DNA of 64,000 nt from an uncultured Actinomycetes bacterium (GCA_963703275.1 OY969804.1:1171154-1235153), one strand, 5' to 3'. Positions 1 through 8,656 are shown, counted from the stretch's first letter. Notes: a model not told the origin generated them from the letters alone. A program made the numbers and translations.

Positions 1-137
1 AGTGGCAGCGCCATTCCGACGCCCTGCAGCAGCACGACGAAGAAGATGACGTATAGCAGTCCGAGCAGGAACATCGTGCCCGTCATGCGGGCGGTCAGAC
101 CCCTGTCCCGATCGAGCGTTCCTCGTCCTCGTGCCAT
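1..137 (-). CDS. Membrane protein, 5' part only (gene runs off the left edge); N-terminus resembles HtpX/M48-type protease
   Basis: Own translation of the minus strand from ATG (135-137): MARGRGTLDRDRGLTARMTGTMFLLGLLYVIFFVVLLQGVGMALP, open to the window edge, with one clear TM helix. The family guess rests only on the N-terminal pattern. Confidence 0.35.
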   Translation of the reverse strand, partial: MARGRGTLDRDRGLTARMTGTMFLLGLLYVIFFVVLLQGVGMALP

Positions 138-316
138 ACCCAAAAGTGTAGCTCGCGCAGGATTGGAACCCCCCTCAACTGAGGGGGGAGCGCAAGATGG
201 CTGATCGGTATCTCCGTGGTGTCCAGGGCGACGGTTCGCAGCCGTAGCGCCGCCAACCGCTGAACTACTCCAAGCCGTCGTGCGGCCTGGCCCGCGAGAG
301 ATACCGACCAACCACC

Positions 317-862
317 TTATGCCAGGAAGTGGATGTCGGGCAGGTGGCGGAAGCGCTGGTGGTGTCCCAGCCCGTAGCCGACCACGAACCGCTCCGAGGC
401 TGTGAAGCCCACGTACGGTGCGTCCAGGTCGACCAGCCGCCGGTGGGGCCGGTCGAGCAGCGTGCAGATGCGCACCGAGGCCGGGCCGCGGATGTGGAGT
501 GATCGGACGAGGTTGTGCATGGTGAGGCCGGTGTCGATCACGTCCTCGACCACGATGACGTGGTGGCCGCGCACCGGCTCGTCGACGTCCTTCAGGAGCC
601 GGATCCGGCCGCGGCGCTGGTCGGTGCCCGAGTAGGCGGAGAGCGCAACCGTGTCGAGCCGGTGGGGGACGGTGAGCCTGCGCGAGAGATCGGCGGTGAA
701 CAGCGCCGCGCCCTTGAGCACCGCGACGAGCACCAGCGGCTGGCCGCGGTGGTCACGGTCGATCGCGGCGGCGAGCTCGTCCACACGGGCGGCCAGGAGC
801 TCGGCCGGCAGGTACACCTCGCCGGGCGCCGGGGTGGCCGGGCGCTCGGCGGTTTCGGTCAT
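317..862 (-). CDS. hpt: Hypoxanthine-guanine phosphoribosyltransferase
   Basis: Last 181 aa of ORF 317..2041, starting MTETAERP. PRPP motif HVIVVEDVIDTGLT, plus LVLVAVLKGA and GYGLGHHQRFRHLPDI. The rest of that ORF is an Arg/Ala-rich alternate frame over the opposite-strand genes. Confidence 0.9.
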   Translation of the reverse strand: MTETAERPATPAPGEVYLPAELLAARVDELAAAIDRDHRGQPLVLVAVLKGAALFTADLSRRLTVPHRLDTVALSAYSGTDQRRGRIRLLKDVDEPVRGHHVIVVEDVIDTGLTMHNLVRSLHIRGPASVRICTLLDRPHRRLVDLDAPYVGFTASERFVVGYGLGHHQRFRHLPDIHFLA

Positions 863-1185
863 GCCGGCCGGGCGAGGTCGTGACGGTCGGCCAGGGCTTC
901 GATGTCGCGCCGGTAGAGGATCTTGATCCGGAGGTCCGGATAGAGCTCGCGCAGGAGCCGCATCTTGCGGTTCTTCTTCGTGACGAGCGACTGCTTCATC
1001 GTGGTGACCTCGATGTAGAGATCCTGGTCGGGCAGGTAGAAGTCGGGCGTGAACGCCACCCGCACCTCGCCGCCCGGCCCCGCCTCGAGCACGAACGTGT
1101 GCGGCTCGTACTGCCAGGCGATGCCGTGGTAGTCGAGCAGACGAGAGAGATCGCGCTCGGTGTCGTTGGCGAAGCGTGGTGGCAT
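859..1185 (-). CDS. Small conserved hypothetical protein (108 aa), possible PD-(D/E)XK-like core
   Basis: Internal ATG of ORF 859..1413 (MPPRFANDTERDL...). Its stop overlaps the hpt ATG by 4 nt. TPDFYLP...YIEVTTMK loosely resembles a nuclease-fold D...E..K core but is not diagnostic. Confidence 0.5.
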   Translation of the reverse strand: MPPRFANDTERDLSRLLDYHGIAWQYEPHTFVLEAGPGGEVRVAFTPDFYLPDQDLYIEVTTMKQSLVTKKNRKMRLLRELYPDLRIKILYRRDIEALADRHDLARPA

Positions 1186-1264
1186 CCGGCGCTGCCAGCG
1201 TACTGACCGGGTCGGATGGAGCCGCGTGGAGCGGGGTCGTGAAGGTCGGTACCATGCGGCTTCT

Positions 1265-2065
1265 GTGGCAGGGATCCGCCCCTTTGTGATCGCGCATCTG
1301 TCCGACCTCCACTGTGGATCGCCGTACTTCGTGGAGAATCTGCTCCAGCGCGCGATCATGGAGATCAACGCGCTCGAGCCCGACGTCGTGGTGTGCTCCG
1401 GCGACCTGACCACGTTCGGCTACAAGCAGGAGTTCCGCCAGGCGCGCGAGTACCTGGCCCGGCTCGAGTGCACGGACGTGATCACGATCCCGGGCAATCA
1501 CGACTCGCGCAACGTCGGCCACGTGCACTTCGAGGAGCTGATCGGTCCGCGCGCGAGCGTCCTGCACAAGAACGGGATCACGTTCGTCGCGGTCGACTCG
1601 TCCGAGCCCGACCTCGACCACGGCACCGTCGGCCGCGGCCGCTATCCGTGGATCGAGGAGCAGTTCTCGCCGCCCGCCGACTTCCGCGTGTTCGTGCTGC
1701 ACCATCACCTGCTGCCGATCCCGGGTACGGGCCGGGAGCGCAATGTGGTCTACGACGCCGGGGACACCCTCGAGGTGCTGCAGCGGGCGAACGTGAACCT
1801 GGTGCTGTCGGGCCACAAGCACGTGCCCTACGCCTGGCGGCTCGAGGACCTGTTCGTCGTCAACGCCGGCACGGTGTCGTCGCTGCGCCTGCGCGGCCAC
1901 ACCCGCCCCTGTTACAACATCGTCGAGATCGCGCCGGACGAGGTTGGCGTGTACCAGAAGTACCCGTTCCACGGCCGCGAGACGCTGATCAGGTTCTCGC
2001 CGCGGACGCTCGAGTACGAGAAGCACGCGCCGCCGCCTCACGACCCCGCCGCGGGGCGGCCATGA
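1265..2065 (+). CDS. Calcineurin-like metallophosphoesterase
   Basis: Motifs HLSDLHCG, GDLT, GNHD, VLHHH, GHKH in ORF 1160..2065. In-frame GTG at 1265 (VAGIRPFVIAHLSDLH) chosen as start because the ORF-track start would overlap the divergent gene. The start is uncertain. Confidence 0.8.
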   Translation: MAGIRPFVIAHLSDLHCGSPYFVENLLQRAIMEINALEPDVVVCSGDLTTFGYKQEFRQAREYLARLECTDVITIPGNHDSRNVGHVHFEELIGPRASVLHKNGITFVAVDSSEPDLDHGTVGRGRYPWIEEQFSPPADFRVFVLHHHLLPIPGTGRERNVVYDAGDTLEVLQRANVNLVLSGHKHVPYAWRLEDLFVVNAGTVSSLRLRGHTRPCYNIVEIAPDEVGVYQKYPFHGRETLIRFSPRTLEYEKHAPPPHDPAAGRP

Positions 2066-3390
2066 CGCAGCGCGCGCTCGTGCTGGTCGACGGCGAGCAC
2101 TACCCGCCGGTGGTGCGGGCTGCGATCGCGGCTGTGGGGCGGGACGACCTGGTGGTGGCCGCGCTCCTGCTCGGCGGCACCGAGAAGCTGCGCGGTGAGC
2201 CCGAGTACGGTGTGCCGCTCGAGCACGCCGGCGCCGACGCCGCAGCGGCGATGGTCGCCGCGGCGCGGAAGCACGCGGCCGAGCGCGTCGTCGACCTGTC
2301 CGACGAGCCTGTGCTGAGTGAGCACGAGCGTTTCCGGTTGATCAACCGAGCGCTCGCGGCGGGCCTGTCCTATCGCGGCGCCGACTTCGAGTTCTGGCCG
2401 CCGCCGCGAGCGGCGGCCGGCGTGCCCGCGATCGCGGTCATCGGCACGGGCAAGCGGATCGGGAAGACGGCGGTGTGCGGGCATCTGGCCCGCGTTCTGG
2501 GCGAGCGCCACCGCGTCGTCCTGGTCGCAATGGGCAGAGGCGGCCCCGAGCTGCCCGAGCTGCTGGACGGCGCCGCCGACCCGCCGTCGGTGGACGACCT
2601 GCTGCAGCGCTCGCGCTCGGGGCAGCACGCCGCCTCGGACTTTCTCGAGGATGCCGCCCTCGCCCGCGTCGCCGTGGTCGGGGCGCGGCGCTGCGGCGGC
2701 GGGATGGCGGGCGCGCCGTTCCTCTCGAATGTCGAGCAGGCGGTGGAGCTCGCCCGTGGCCTCGATCCCGAGCTGCTGCTGCTGGAGGGATCCGGCGCCG
2801 CGGTGCCGCCCGTGGCCGCCGACCGCACCGTCCTCATCACGTCGGCGATGCGGCCGGCCGAGACGCTGCGGACGGGCCTCGGCCCCTACCGGGTGCTGGT
2901 GTCCGACGTGGTCGTGATCACCATGAGCGAGCCGCCGCTGGCCGATGCCGATCAGGTCGCGTCGGTGCGGGCGGCGGTGCGCGACCTCCGGCCTGATACC
3001 AGGGTGATCGCGGCCGTGATGCGGCCGTGCCCGGCCGAGCCGATCGCGGGCGAGCGGGTCACGCTCTTCACCACCGCGGCCGCCCCGATCCACGAGCAGC
3101 TGGCGGCCGACCTGGCCGGCGAGCACGGTGCCGATGTGACGGCGGTCGTCGGTTCGCTGGGCGACCGTCCCGCGCTTGCGGCGGATCTCGACTCCCCGGG
3201 CGTGCTGGCGGCGGCCACCTACCTGATCGAGATCAAGGCGGCCGCGATCGATGTCGTGGCCGAGGCGGCCCGCGCGCGCGGAGTCCGCATCGTCTTCTGC
3301 GACAACCGGCCCCGGTCGCTTCCGGGCGAGCCCGATCTCGACACCGTCGCGCTCGATCTGGCCGCAGAGGTGGTGGCGGTCGGTGCCTAG
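2062..3390 (+). CDS. cpgS: Cyclic 2,3-diphosphoglycerate synthetase-like protein
   Basis: MTQRALVLVDGEHYPPVV N-terminus and P-loop IGTGKRIGKTAV, about 440 aa. The ATG overlaps the upstream stop (ATGA), and it is followed directly by a 2-phosphoglycerate kinase gene. Called from remembered family features and context. Confidence 0.7.
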   Translation: MTQRALVLVDGEHYPPVVRAAIAAVGRDDLVVAALLLGGTEKLRGEPEYGVPLEHAGADAAAAMVAAARKHAAERVVDLSDEPVLSEHERFRLINRALAAGLSYRGADFEFWPPPRAAAGVPAIAVIGTGKRIGKTAVCGHLARVLGERHRVVLVAMGRGGPELPELLDGAADPPSVDDLLQRSRSGQHAASDFLEDAALARVAVVGARRCGGGMAGAPFLSNVEQAVELARGLDPELLLLEGSGAAVPPVAADRTVLITSAMRPAETLRTGLGPYRVLVSDVVVITMSEPPLADADQVASVRAAVRDLRPDTRVIAAVMRPCPAEPIAGERVTLFTTAAAPIHEQLAADLAGEHGADVTAVVGSLGDRPALAADLDSPGVLAAATYLIEIKAAAIDVVAEAARARGVRIVFCDNRPRSLPGEPDLDTVALDLAAEVVAVGA

Positions 3391-3397
3391 ACCGAGA

Positions 3398-4372
3398 GTG
3401 CCACGGCCGCGCTGGCTGCGCCGCGAGGAGCCCGTGGCCGAGCCGGTGCAGCCGCCGGCGGCCCGCGAGCCGCGGATCCGCAGCCGGGGTGCGCCGATGC
3501 CCTTCTCGAAGGGGCGGATGGCGCAGGCGCTGGTGCTCGCGGGCGCCGACCCCGAACGCGCCTACCAGCTCGCGCTGCGGATCGAGAGCCAGGTGACGGG
3601 CACCGGCGCCGAGGAGATCCCCATCGACGAGCTGCACGGCATGGTCGAGGAGGTGCTGGCGCGCGAGGAGAGCCCGGCGCTCGTCTCGCGGTACCACGGC
3701 TGGCGCGAGGTGCTGCGGCTCGACCGGCCCCTGATCCTCCTGATCGGCGGTGCCACCGGCACGGGCAAGAGCACGCTTGCCACCGAGATCGCCTACCGGC
3801 TCGGGATCAGCCGCATCACCTCGACCGACGTCATCCGCCAGGCGATGCGGGCCTTCTTTGCCCCCGAGCTCATGCCGGAGCTGCACTACTCGTCGTTCGA
3901 TGCCGCCGAGGGGCTCAAGGTGCCGATGCCCGACCCCGACGACGAGGACAGGGCGCTCTACGGGTTCATCCAGCAGGCGGGGCAGGTGGCCGTGGGCGCC
4001 AACGCCGTGGTCGAGCGGGCGGTGCTCGAAGGGCTCTCGACGGTGATCGAGGGCGTCCACGTCGTGCCCGGCCTCGTGACGGCCGAGCAGCACGCGGGCG
4101 CCGTGGTGGTGCAGCTGATGCTGGCGATCACCGACGAGGACAGCCACCGGTCGCACTTCTTCTCACGCGGCGCCGAGCCGGGGGCGATGCGGTCGATGGA
4201 CCGCTATCTGCGGCGGCTCGGTGAGATCCGCCGGATCCAGGAGTATCTCGTGGCCCGGGCCGAGAAGCAGGGCTGGCCGGTCATCGAGGCCGGCGATCCC
4301 GACGCTGCGCTGCTCGCGGTCATGGATCTGATCCTCGAGCGCGCCATCGCCCACGCCGCCGCGATACCCTGA
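3398..4372 (+). CDS. 2-phosphoglycerate kinase (ATP-cone-like N-terminus + P-loop kinase)
   Basis: PFSKGRMAQALVLAG...AYQLALRIE (ATP-cone-like), LLIGGATGTGKSTLA, and STDVIRQAMRAFFAPELMPELHYSSF. GTG at 3398 lies 8 nt after the cpgS stop. An alternative ATG lies at 3497. Confidence 0.8.
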   Translation: MPRPRWLRREEPVAEPVQPPAAREPRIRSRGAPMPFSKGRMAQALVLAGADPERAYQLALRIESQVTGTGAEEIPIDELHGMVEEVLAREESPALVSRYHGWREVLRLDRPLILLIGGATGTGKSTLATEIAYRLGISRITSTDVIRQAMRAFFAPELMPELHYSSFDAAEGLKVPMPDPDDEDRALYGFIQQAGQVAVGANAVVERAVLEGLSTVIEGVHVVPGLVTAEQHAGAVVVQLMLAITDEDSHRSHFFSRGAEPGAMRSMDRYLRRLGEIRRIQEYLVARAEKQGWPVIEAGDPDAALLAVMDLILERAIAHAAAIP

Positions 4373-4376
4373 CGGC

Positions 4377-5390
4377 ATGGCGTCGACGCAGCGGCAGGCC
4401 GAGCTGGCCGAGGAGGAGCGGATCTCGGAATCGGCCGGGAGCTGCCCCTGTACCGACCTCGCATCCGTGACCGAGCGCAGCGCGCTGGCGGCCGGCCGCT
4501 TCCTCGGCCGCGGCGATGCGGCGGCGGCGGACCAGGCGGCATCCGAGGCGATGCGCGTCGGGCTGGCGGGCGTGCCGGTTTCGGGCACGCTCGTGATCGG
4601 GCGCGACGGTGACGACCACGCGCTGCGCGAGGGTGCCGAGCTGGGCGCCGGCGGACGGCCGCTCGACCTCGCCTGCGATCCGGTCGGCAACGGGTCGGCG
4701 GTCGCGGGCGGGCGCGCGGGGGCACTCTCGATCCTGGCCGCCAGCGATCCCGGCGGGCTGATGCAGGTGCCGCGGATGTACATGCGCAAGATGGCCGTCG
4801 GCCCGGTCGCCAAGGGCCGCATCGACCTGCAGCGCCCGGTGGGCGAAAATCTGGAGGCGATCGCCGACGCCTTCGGCCGCAAGGTGGCCGACGTCACCGC
4901 GATCGTGCTCGACCGGCCCCGGCACGACGATCTCATCGCCGAGATCCGCGAATCCGGCGCCCGCATCAAGCTGATCGCCGACGGCGACATCGTGGCCTCG
5001 ATCAGCGCCGCCATCCGCGGCACCAACGACCACCTTGCGATCGGCATCGGCGGAGCGCCCGAGGGCATCATCGCGGCCGCAGCCCTGCGCTGCCTGGGGG
5101 GCGAGATCCAGGGCCAGCTGTGGCCGACCAGCCGCACCGAGATCAACCGCGCTGCCGGGGATGGCATCGAGGACGTCAGCCGCGTCTTCGGCATCGACGA
5201 CCTGGTGCGCGGCCCCCAGACCGTCGTCGCCACCGGCATCTCGGGAGGCGACATGCTGCGGGGCGTCCGCTACATGGCCGACGGCGCCCGCACCCAGTCG
5301 CTGGTGCTGTGCTCGCGCTGCAATCGGGTGCGCTTCATCGACTCGATCCACCTGTTCTCGAGCGACCGGCACGAAGAGATCCGGCTGTGA
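4377..5390 (+). CDS. glpX: Fructose-1,6-bisphosphatase class II
   Basis: LAVTERSALAAGRFLGRGD-type N-terminus, GIGGAPEGIIAAAALRCLGGEIQGQLWP, and VVATGISGGDMLRGVRY. Starts 4 nt after the 2PGK stop. Confidence 0.9.
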   Translation: MASTQRQAELAEEERISESAGSCPCTDLASVTERSALAAGRFLGRGDAAAADQAASEAMRVGLAGVPVSGTLVIGRDGDDHALREGAELGAGGRPLDLACDPVGNGSAVAGGRAGALSILAASDPGGLMQVPRMYMRKMAVGPVAKGRIDLQRPVGENLEAIADAFGRKVADVTAIVLDRPRHDDLIAEIRESGARIKLIADGDIVASISAAIRGTNDHLAIGIGGAPEGIIAAAALRCLGGEIQGQLWPTSRTEINRAAGDGIEDVSRVFGIDDLVRGPQTVVATGISGGDMLRGVRYMADGARTQSLVLCSRCNRVRFIDSIHLFSSDRHEEIRL

Positions 5391-5427
5391 GCCGCCGGTC
5401 GGGGCGGTACGCTCCCTCCCCGACGTG

Positions 5428-6264
5428 ATGGCGACCGCCGAACCGCTGCTCCACGAGCTGCACGACCGCGCCCGGGATTCCGGCATCGAGGGCTACCGGC
5501 GGATGACCAAGACAGAGCTCCTGGACGCGCTGGGCACCGTTCCGGCCGGTCCAACGACCGCAGAGGTGATGGTGCGCGCCGGCCTCGGGCTGATCACGCT
5601 TCGCGGCGGGGGCGAGAACGCACTCGCGCTCGAGACACTCGAGCAGCTGGCGGAGGTCGCCGAGGGGCTGGCGAACGACCCGGCGGTACGGCTGGTGGCG
5701 GTCACGGGGGCGGGCACCCGCATCTTCTCGGCAGGCGCCGACCTGAAGGCGCTGCAGGGCCTCCCCGGTGAGGAGATCACCCGTCGCGGCGGCACCGCGC
5801 TTCGGCGGCTCGCCGACCTCCCGGTGCCGACGGTGGCGCTCCTGAACGGCCACGTCGTGGGCGGCGGTATCGACCTGGCACTCGCGTGCGACTGGCGGGT
5901 CGCGGTGGAGGGCGTGAAGCTGCGCTTCATCCACAACGAGCTCGGATTCACGCCCCCGTGGGGGGCGCTGGAGCGCCTGGTCGCACTCGTCCCGGCGCCG
6001 ACCGCGCTGCGGCTGTTTGCGACCTGCGAGCTGGTCTCGGCGCAGGAGGCGCGGCTGATGGGCGTGGTCGACGATGTCGTCGCCCCCCACAAGCTCATGT
6101 CGCGGGCCGAGTCGCTCGCCGTCCGCATCGGCCGAGCCGACCGTCACGCGCTGGCAGAGACCAAGCGCCTGCTGCGCCCCGGGGTGGCGTCCGAGGAGCA
6201 TGCCCGCACCTTCGCCGCACTCTGGGACGGGCGGGCCGCTACGGCGGCTACGATGCCGGCATGA
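5428..6264 (+). CDS. Enoyl-CoA hydratase/isomerase family protein with N-terminal Rho_N/SAP-like helix-hairpin
   Basis: Crotonase motifs FSAGADLKAL and GHVVGGGIDLALACDWRVA. The N-terminal LHELHDRARDSGIEGYRRMTKTELLDAL resembles the Rho N-terminal domain. Confidence 0.8.
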   Translation: MATAEPLLHELHDRARDSGIEGYRRMTKTELLDALGTVPAGPTTAEVMVRAGLGLITLRGGGENALALETLEQLAEVAEGLANDPAVRLVAVTGAGTRIFSAGADLKALQGLPGEEITRRGGTALRRLADLPVPTVALLNGHVVGGGIDLALACDWRVAVEGVKLRFIHNELGFTPPWGALERLVALVPAPTALRLFATCELVSAQEARLMGVVDDVVAPHKLMSRAESLAVRIGRADRHALAETKRLLRPGVASEEHARTFAALWDGRAATAATMPA

Positions 6265-6560
6265 GCCTGACCAAGGAAGACGTGTTCGAGGCGCTGCGGG
6301 TCGTCGAGGATCCCGAGCTCGGGATGGACGTCGTCGATCTGGGTCTGGTCTACGACGTGACGGTGGACGGCGCGGCGGTCGCGGTGCTCTACTCGCTCAC
6401 CTCGATGGGCTGTCCCGCGGGCGCGCAGATCGAGCAGGACATCAAGGACGCGGTGGGCAGCATGGAGGGCGTCGAAGCGGTGACGACCGAGCTGACCTAC
6501 ACGCCCCCGTGGTCGCCGGACCGGATGTCCGACGACGCCAAGTTCGTGCTCGGCTTTTAG
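6261..6560 (+). CDS. DUF59 / Fe-S assembly (SufT/MIP18-like) protein
   Basis: VFEALRVVEDPELGMDVVDLGLVY...TSMGCPAG...PPWSPDRMS. The ATG overlaps the upstream stop. Confidence 0.8.
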   Translation: MSLTKEDVFEALRVVEDPELGMDVVDLGLVYDVTVDGAAVAVLYSLTSMGCPAGAQIEQDIKDAVGSMEGVEAVTTELTYTPPWSPDRMSDDAKFVLGF

Positions 6561-6573
6561 CCCTGGCGAGCCC

Positions 6574-7167
6574 CTACGACCGGCGTCTGTGCAGCCAGCG
6601 GCCCCACGGAGCGGCCGGATCGATGATCGCCGCCGCGGCGAAGATCTTGGCGAGGTCGCCGAGGACGAACGGCCACAGGCCGTAGTGCATGGTGGTCGCG
6701 CCGCCGCCCGCCCATGCGGTCGGCAGGGCCTGGTGCAGCCAGATGAGGCCGGTGGCGTAGAGGCACACGCTGCCCGCGAGCATCGCCGGGACGGTCACGT
6801 AGAAGCTGCGGCCGAAGCGATCGCAGATGAGGCCGACCACGAGCGCCGCCAGCGGGTAGCCCCACAGGTAGCCGCCGGTGACGTGCAGCGGGTCGGCCCG
6901 GGTGAGCCAGATGAGGCCGCCGTGGCCGTTGGCGAAGACCGGCATGCCGGCCGCGCCGGCGCCCAGGTAGAGCAGCTGCGCCGCGGCGCCGCGGCGGGCT
7001 CCCAGCAGCGCTCCCGAGCCGAGGACCGCGAACGTCTCGAGCGTGGTGGGGACGGGGTATCCGAAGGACACCTGTGCGCACAGAGCCGTGACCGCAGCGG
7101 CCCCGACCACCAGTCCCACGTTCTCCCACAGCCGCTCAAGCGACGCAGTTTGGGCTCGACCGTACAT
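6574..7167 (-). CDS. bioY: Biotin transporter BioY
   Basis: Multi-TM protein with PVPTTLETFAVLGSGALLG and GGYLWGYPLAALVVG. Internal ATG (MYGRAQTASL) taken as the start. Confidence 0.8.
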   Translation of the reverse strand: MYGRAQTASLERLWENVGLVVGAAAVTALCAQVSFGYPVPTTLETFAVLGSGALLGARRGAAAQLLYLGAGAAGMPVFANGHGGLIWLTRADPLHVTGGYLWGYPLAALVVGLICDRFGRSFYVTVPAMLAGSVCLYATGLIWLHQALPTAWAGGGATTMHYGLWPFVLGDLAKIFAAAAIIDPAAPWGRWLHRRRS

Positions 7168-7237
7168 GCTGCCTCCCGGCTCGGATCCGAAGTGACCGCT
7201 GTTTGACGCCGGACGGGACGCGTGGGTTGCGCGTACA

Positions 7238-8206
7238 GTGACCGGCGTGGACGCGGCCGAGCTTACCCGAGCAGTGCTGCAGGAGGCCTCCGATCTGGGC
7301 ATCGACGCGTGCGGTGTGTGTGCCGCCGAGCCCTACACCGGCACCGAGCGGCTGATCCGGGAGCGCCGGGCCGCCGGGCTCTTCGCCGACATGGGGTTCA
7401 CGATCCGGCGGCCGGAGCGCTCGTGCCACCCCGAGACGCTGCTGCGGGATGCCCGCTCGGTGGTGGTCGCCGCCCGCAGCTACGCCCGCCCCCAGCCGCC
7501 CAAGCCGTCCGACCGCCCGCGCGGGCGGATGCCCCGCTATACGCGCCGCGACGAGTATGCCGTGCTGCGCACTGCGCTTCACGACCTGGGCCGGCGCCTG
7601 CAACGCCTTGCGCCCGGGTCCAGGTCGGCCGTCTATGTCGACTCGAACCACCACGTCGACCGCGAGGCGGCGGCGCGTGCCGGCATCGCGGTCTACGGCA
7701 AGAACACGCTGGCGATCACCCGCCGGCACGGCTCGTGGGTGGTGCTGGGCGTGCTCGTCTCCGACGCCCGGCTCGAGCCAACGCACCCCGTGCCCGACCG
7801 GCCGGCGTGGGATGCGTGCGGGTCGTGCCGGGCCTGCATCGACGCATGCCCGACCGGCGCGATCGTCGCCGACGGGGTGCTCGACGCCCGCCGCTGCCTC
7901 TCGTGGCTCTCGCAGTCGCGCCTCGCCGAGCTGCCCCATGCGGCCGAGTTCGAGGATCGTGTGTACGGGTGCGACATCTGCCAGGACGTGTGTCCCTGGA
8001 ACACCGGCGCCGACCGCCGCGCCGCCGACCGCGAGCCCGACGCGGTCGACGACGCGTTCCCACCTCTCCACGAGTGGCTCGACGCCGATCCCGATGAGCT
8101 GGCCGAGCGCTACCGGCGCCTGTACGTCCCCGACCGCGACGGTCGCCACCTGCAGCGAAATGCCCGCGTCGCCCTGGCGAACGTCACCGCGGCGCCGACC
8201 GAGTAG
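7238..8206 (+). CDS. queG: Epoxyqueuosine reductase
   Basis: Two 4Fe-4S motifs, CGSCRACIDACPTGA and CDICQDVCPWN, plus a YGKNTLAITRRHGSW core. GTG start. Confidence 0.85.
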   Translation: MTGVDAAELTRAVLQEASDLGIDACGVCAAEPYTGTERLIRERRAAGLFADMGFTIRRPERSCHPETLLRDARSVVVAARSYARPQPPKPSDRPRGRMPRYTRRDEYAVLRTALHDLGRRLQRLAPGSRSAVYVDSNHHVDREAAARAGIAVYGKNTLAITRRHGSWVVLGVLVSDARLEPTHPVPDRPAWDACGSCRACIDACPTGAIVADGVLDARRCLSWLSQSRLAELPHAAEFEDRVYGCDICQDVCPWNTGADRRAADREPDAVDDAFPPLHEWLDADPDELAERYRRLYVPDRDGRHLQRNARVALANVTAAPTE

Positions 8207-8557
8207 CTACCAGGTCTGGGCGACCATCGGCCGCACCTCGACCGCGCCGCCGAAGCGGGTGGCGGGCACGCGGGCAGCGAGCGCGATCGCCGCGTCCAGG
8301 TCGTCGGCCTCGTAGAAGAAGTAGCCGCCGAGGGCCTCCTTGGTCTCGGCAAAGGGGCCGTCGGTGGTGACCGTGCGCCCGTCCTCGACGCGCACCGTCG
8401 TGGCGGTTTCCGGCTGCGCAAGCTGCTCGCCGGTGGTGACTCCCGGCGTCTGGTTGATGGCCATGTAGTCGGCCGCAACGCTGCGCTGGTCCTCCTCCGA
8501 GAGCGTGCTCCATGCCTCGAGCGCGTGTCCCTGGAAGATCTGCATCATGTACTTCAT
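8207..8557 (-). CDS. YCII-related (DGPF) domain protein
   Basis: MKYMMQIF...TTDGPFAETKEALGGYFFYEADDLDAAIALA. GGAGGA sits 6 nt upstream of the ATG. Confidence 0.75.
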   Translation of the reverse strand: MKYMMQIFQGHALEAWSTLSEEDQRSVAADYMAINQTPGVTTGEQLAQPETATTVRVEDGRTVTTDGPFAETKEALGGYFFYEADDLDAAIALAARVPATRFGGAVEVRPMVAQTW

Positions 8558-8630
8558 CGGTTCCTCCTGTTGCGTGGTGGATGTTCGGGCAGAGGACGAG
8601 CGGGCGGCCGCGGGATCGACGTCGGCCCGG

Positions 8631-8656
8631 CATATATGTTTTGACACACATATATG
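8631..8656. promoter_or_regulatory. Candidate ArsR operator: two copies of palindromic CATATATG
   Basis: CATATATG at 8631-8638 and 8649-8656, in the only AT-rich patch of the 119-bp divergent spacer between the YCII and arsR-family genes. Confidence 0.5.

Noticed and set aside
138-316. tRNA-like strings (GTAGTTCAGCGGTTGG, a CTGCGAA loop, GGTTCCAATCC) on the minus strand.
   Set aside because: No consistent cloverleaf can be drawn: the D-loop would be 17 nt, the T-stem does not pair, and there is no acceptor stem. I also saw no SRP, tmRNA or 6S signatures. It is kept only as an unassigned structured element.
317-2041. Very long ORFs in the supplied track that overlap recognised genes in other frames or on the other strand. 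Examples: 317..2041 (-), 9907..11775 (-), 16093..19395 (+), 33099..36056 (-), 49222..51519 (-), 52894..55347 (+), 53907..56648 (+).
   Set aside because: Stop codons are rare in every frame at this GC content. The non-homologous parts are Arg/Ala/Pro/Gly-rich low-complexity strings. In each case a recognisable protein family occupies another frame or only a sub-segment. Only the homologous sub-segments are reported.
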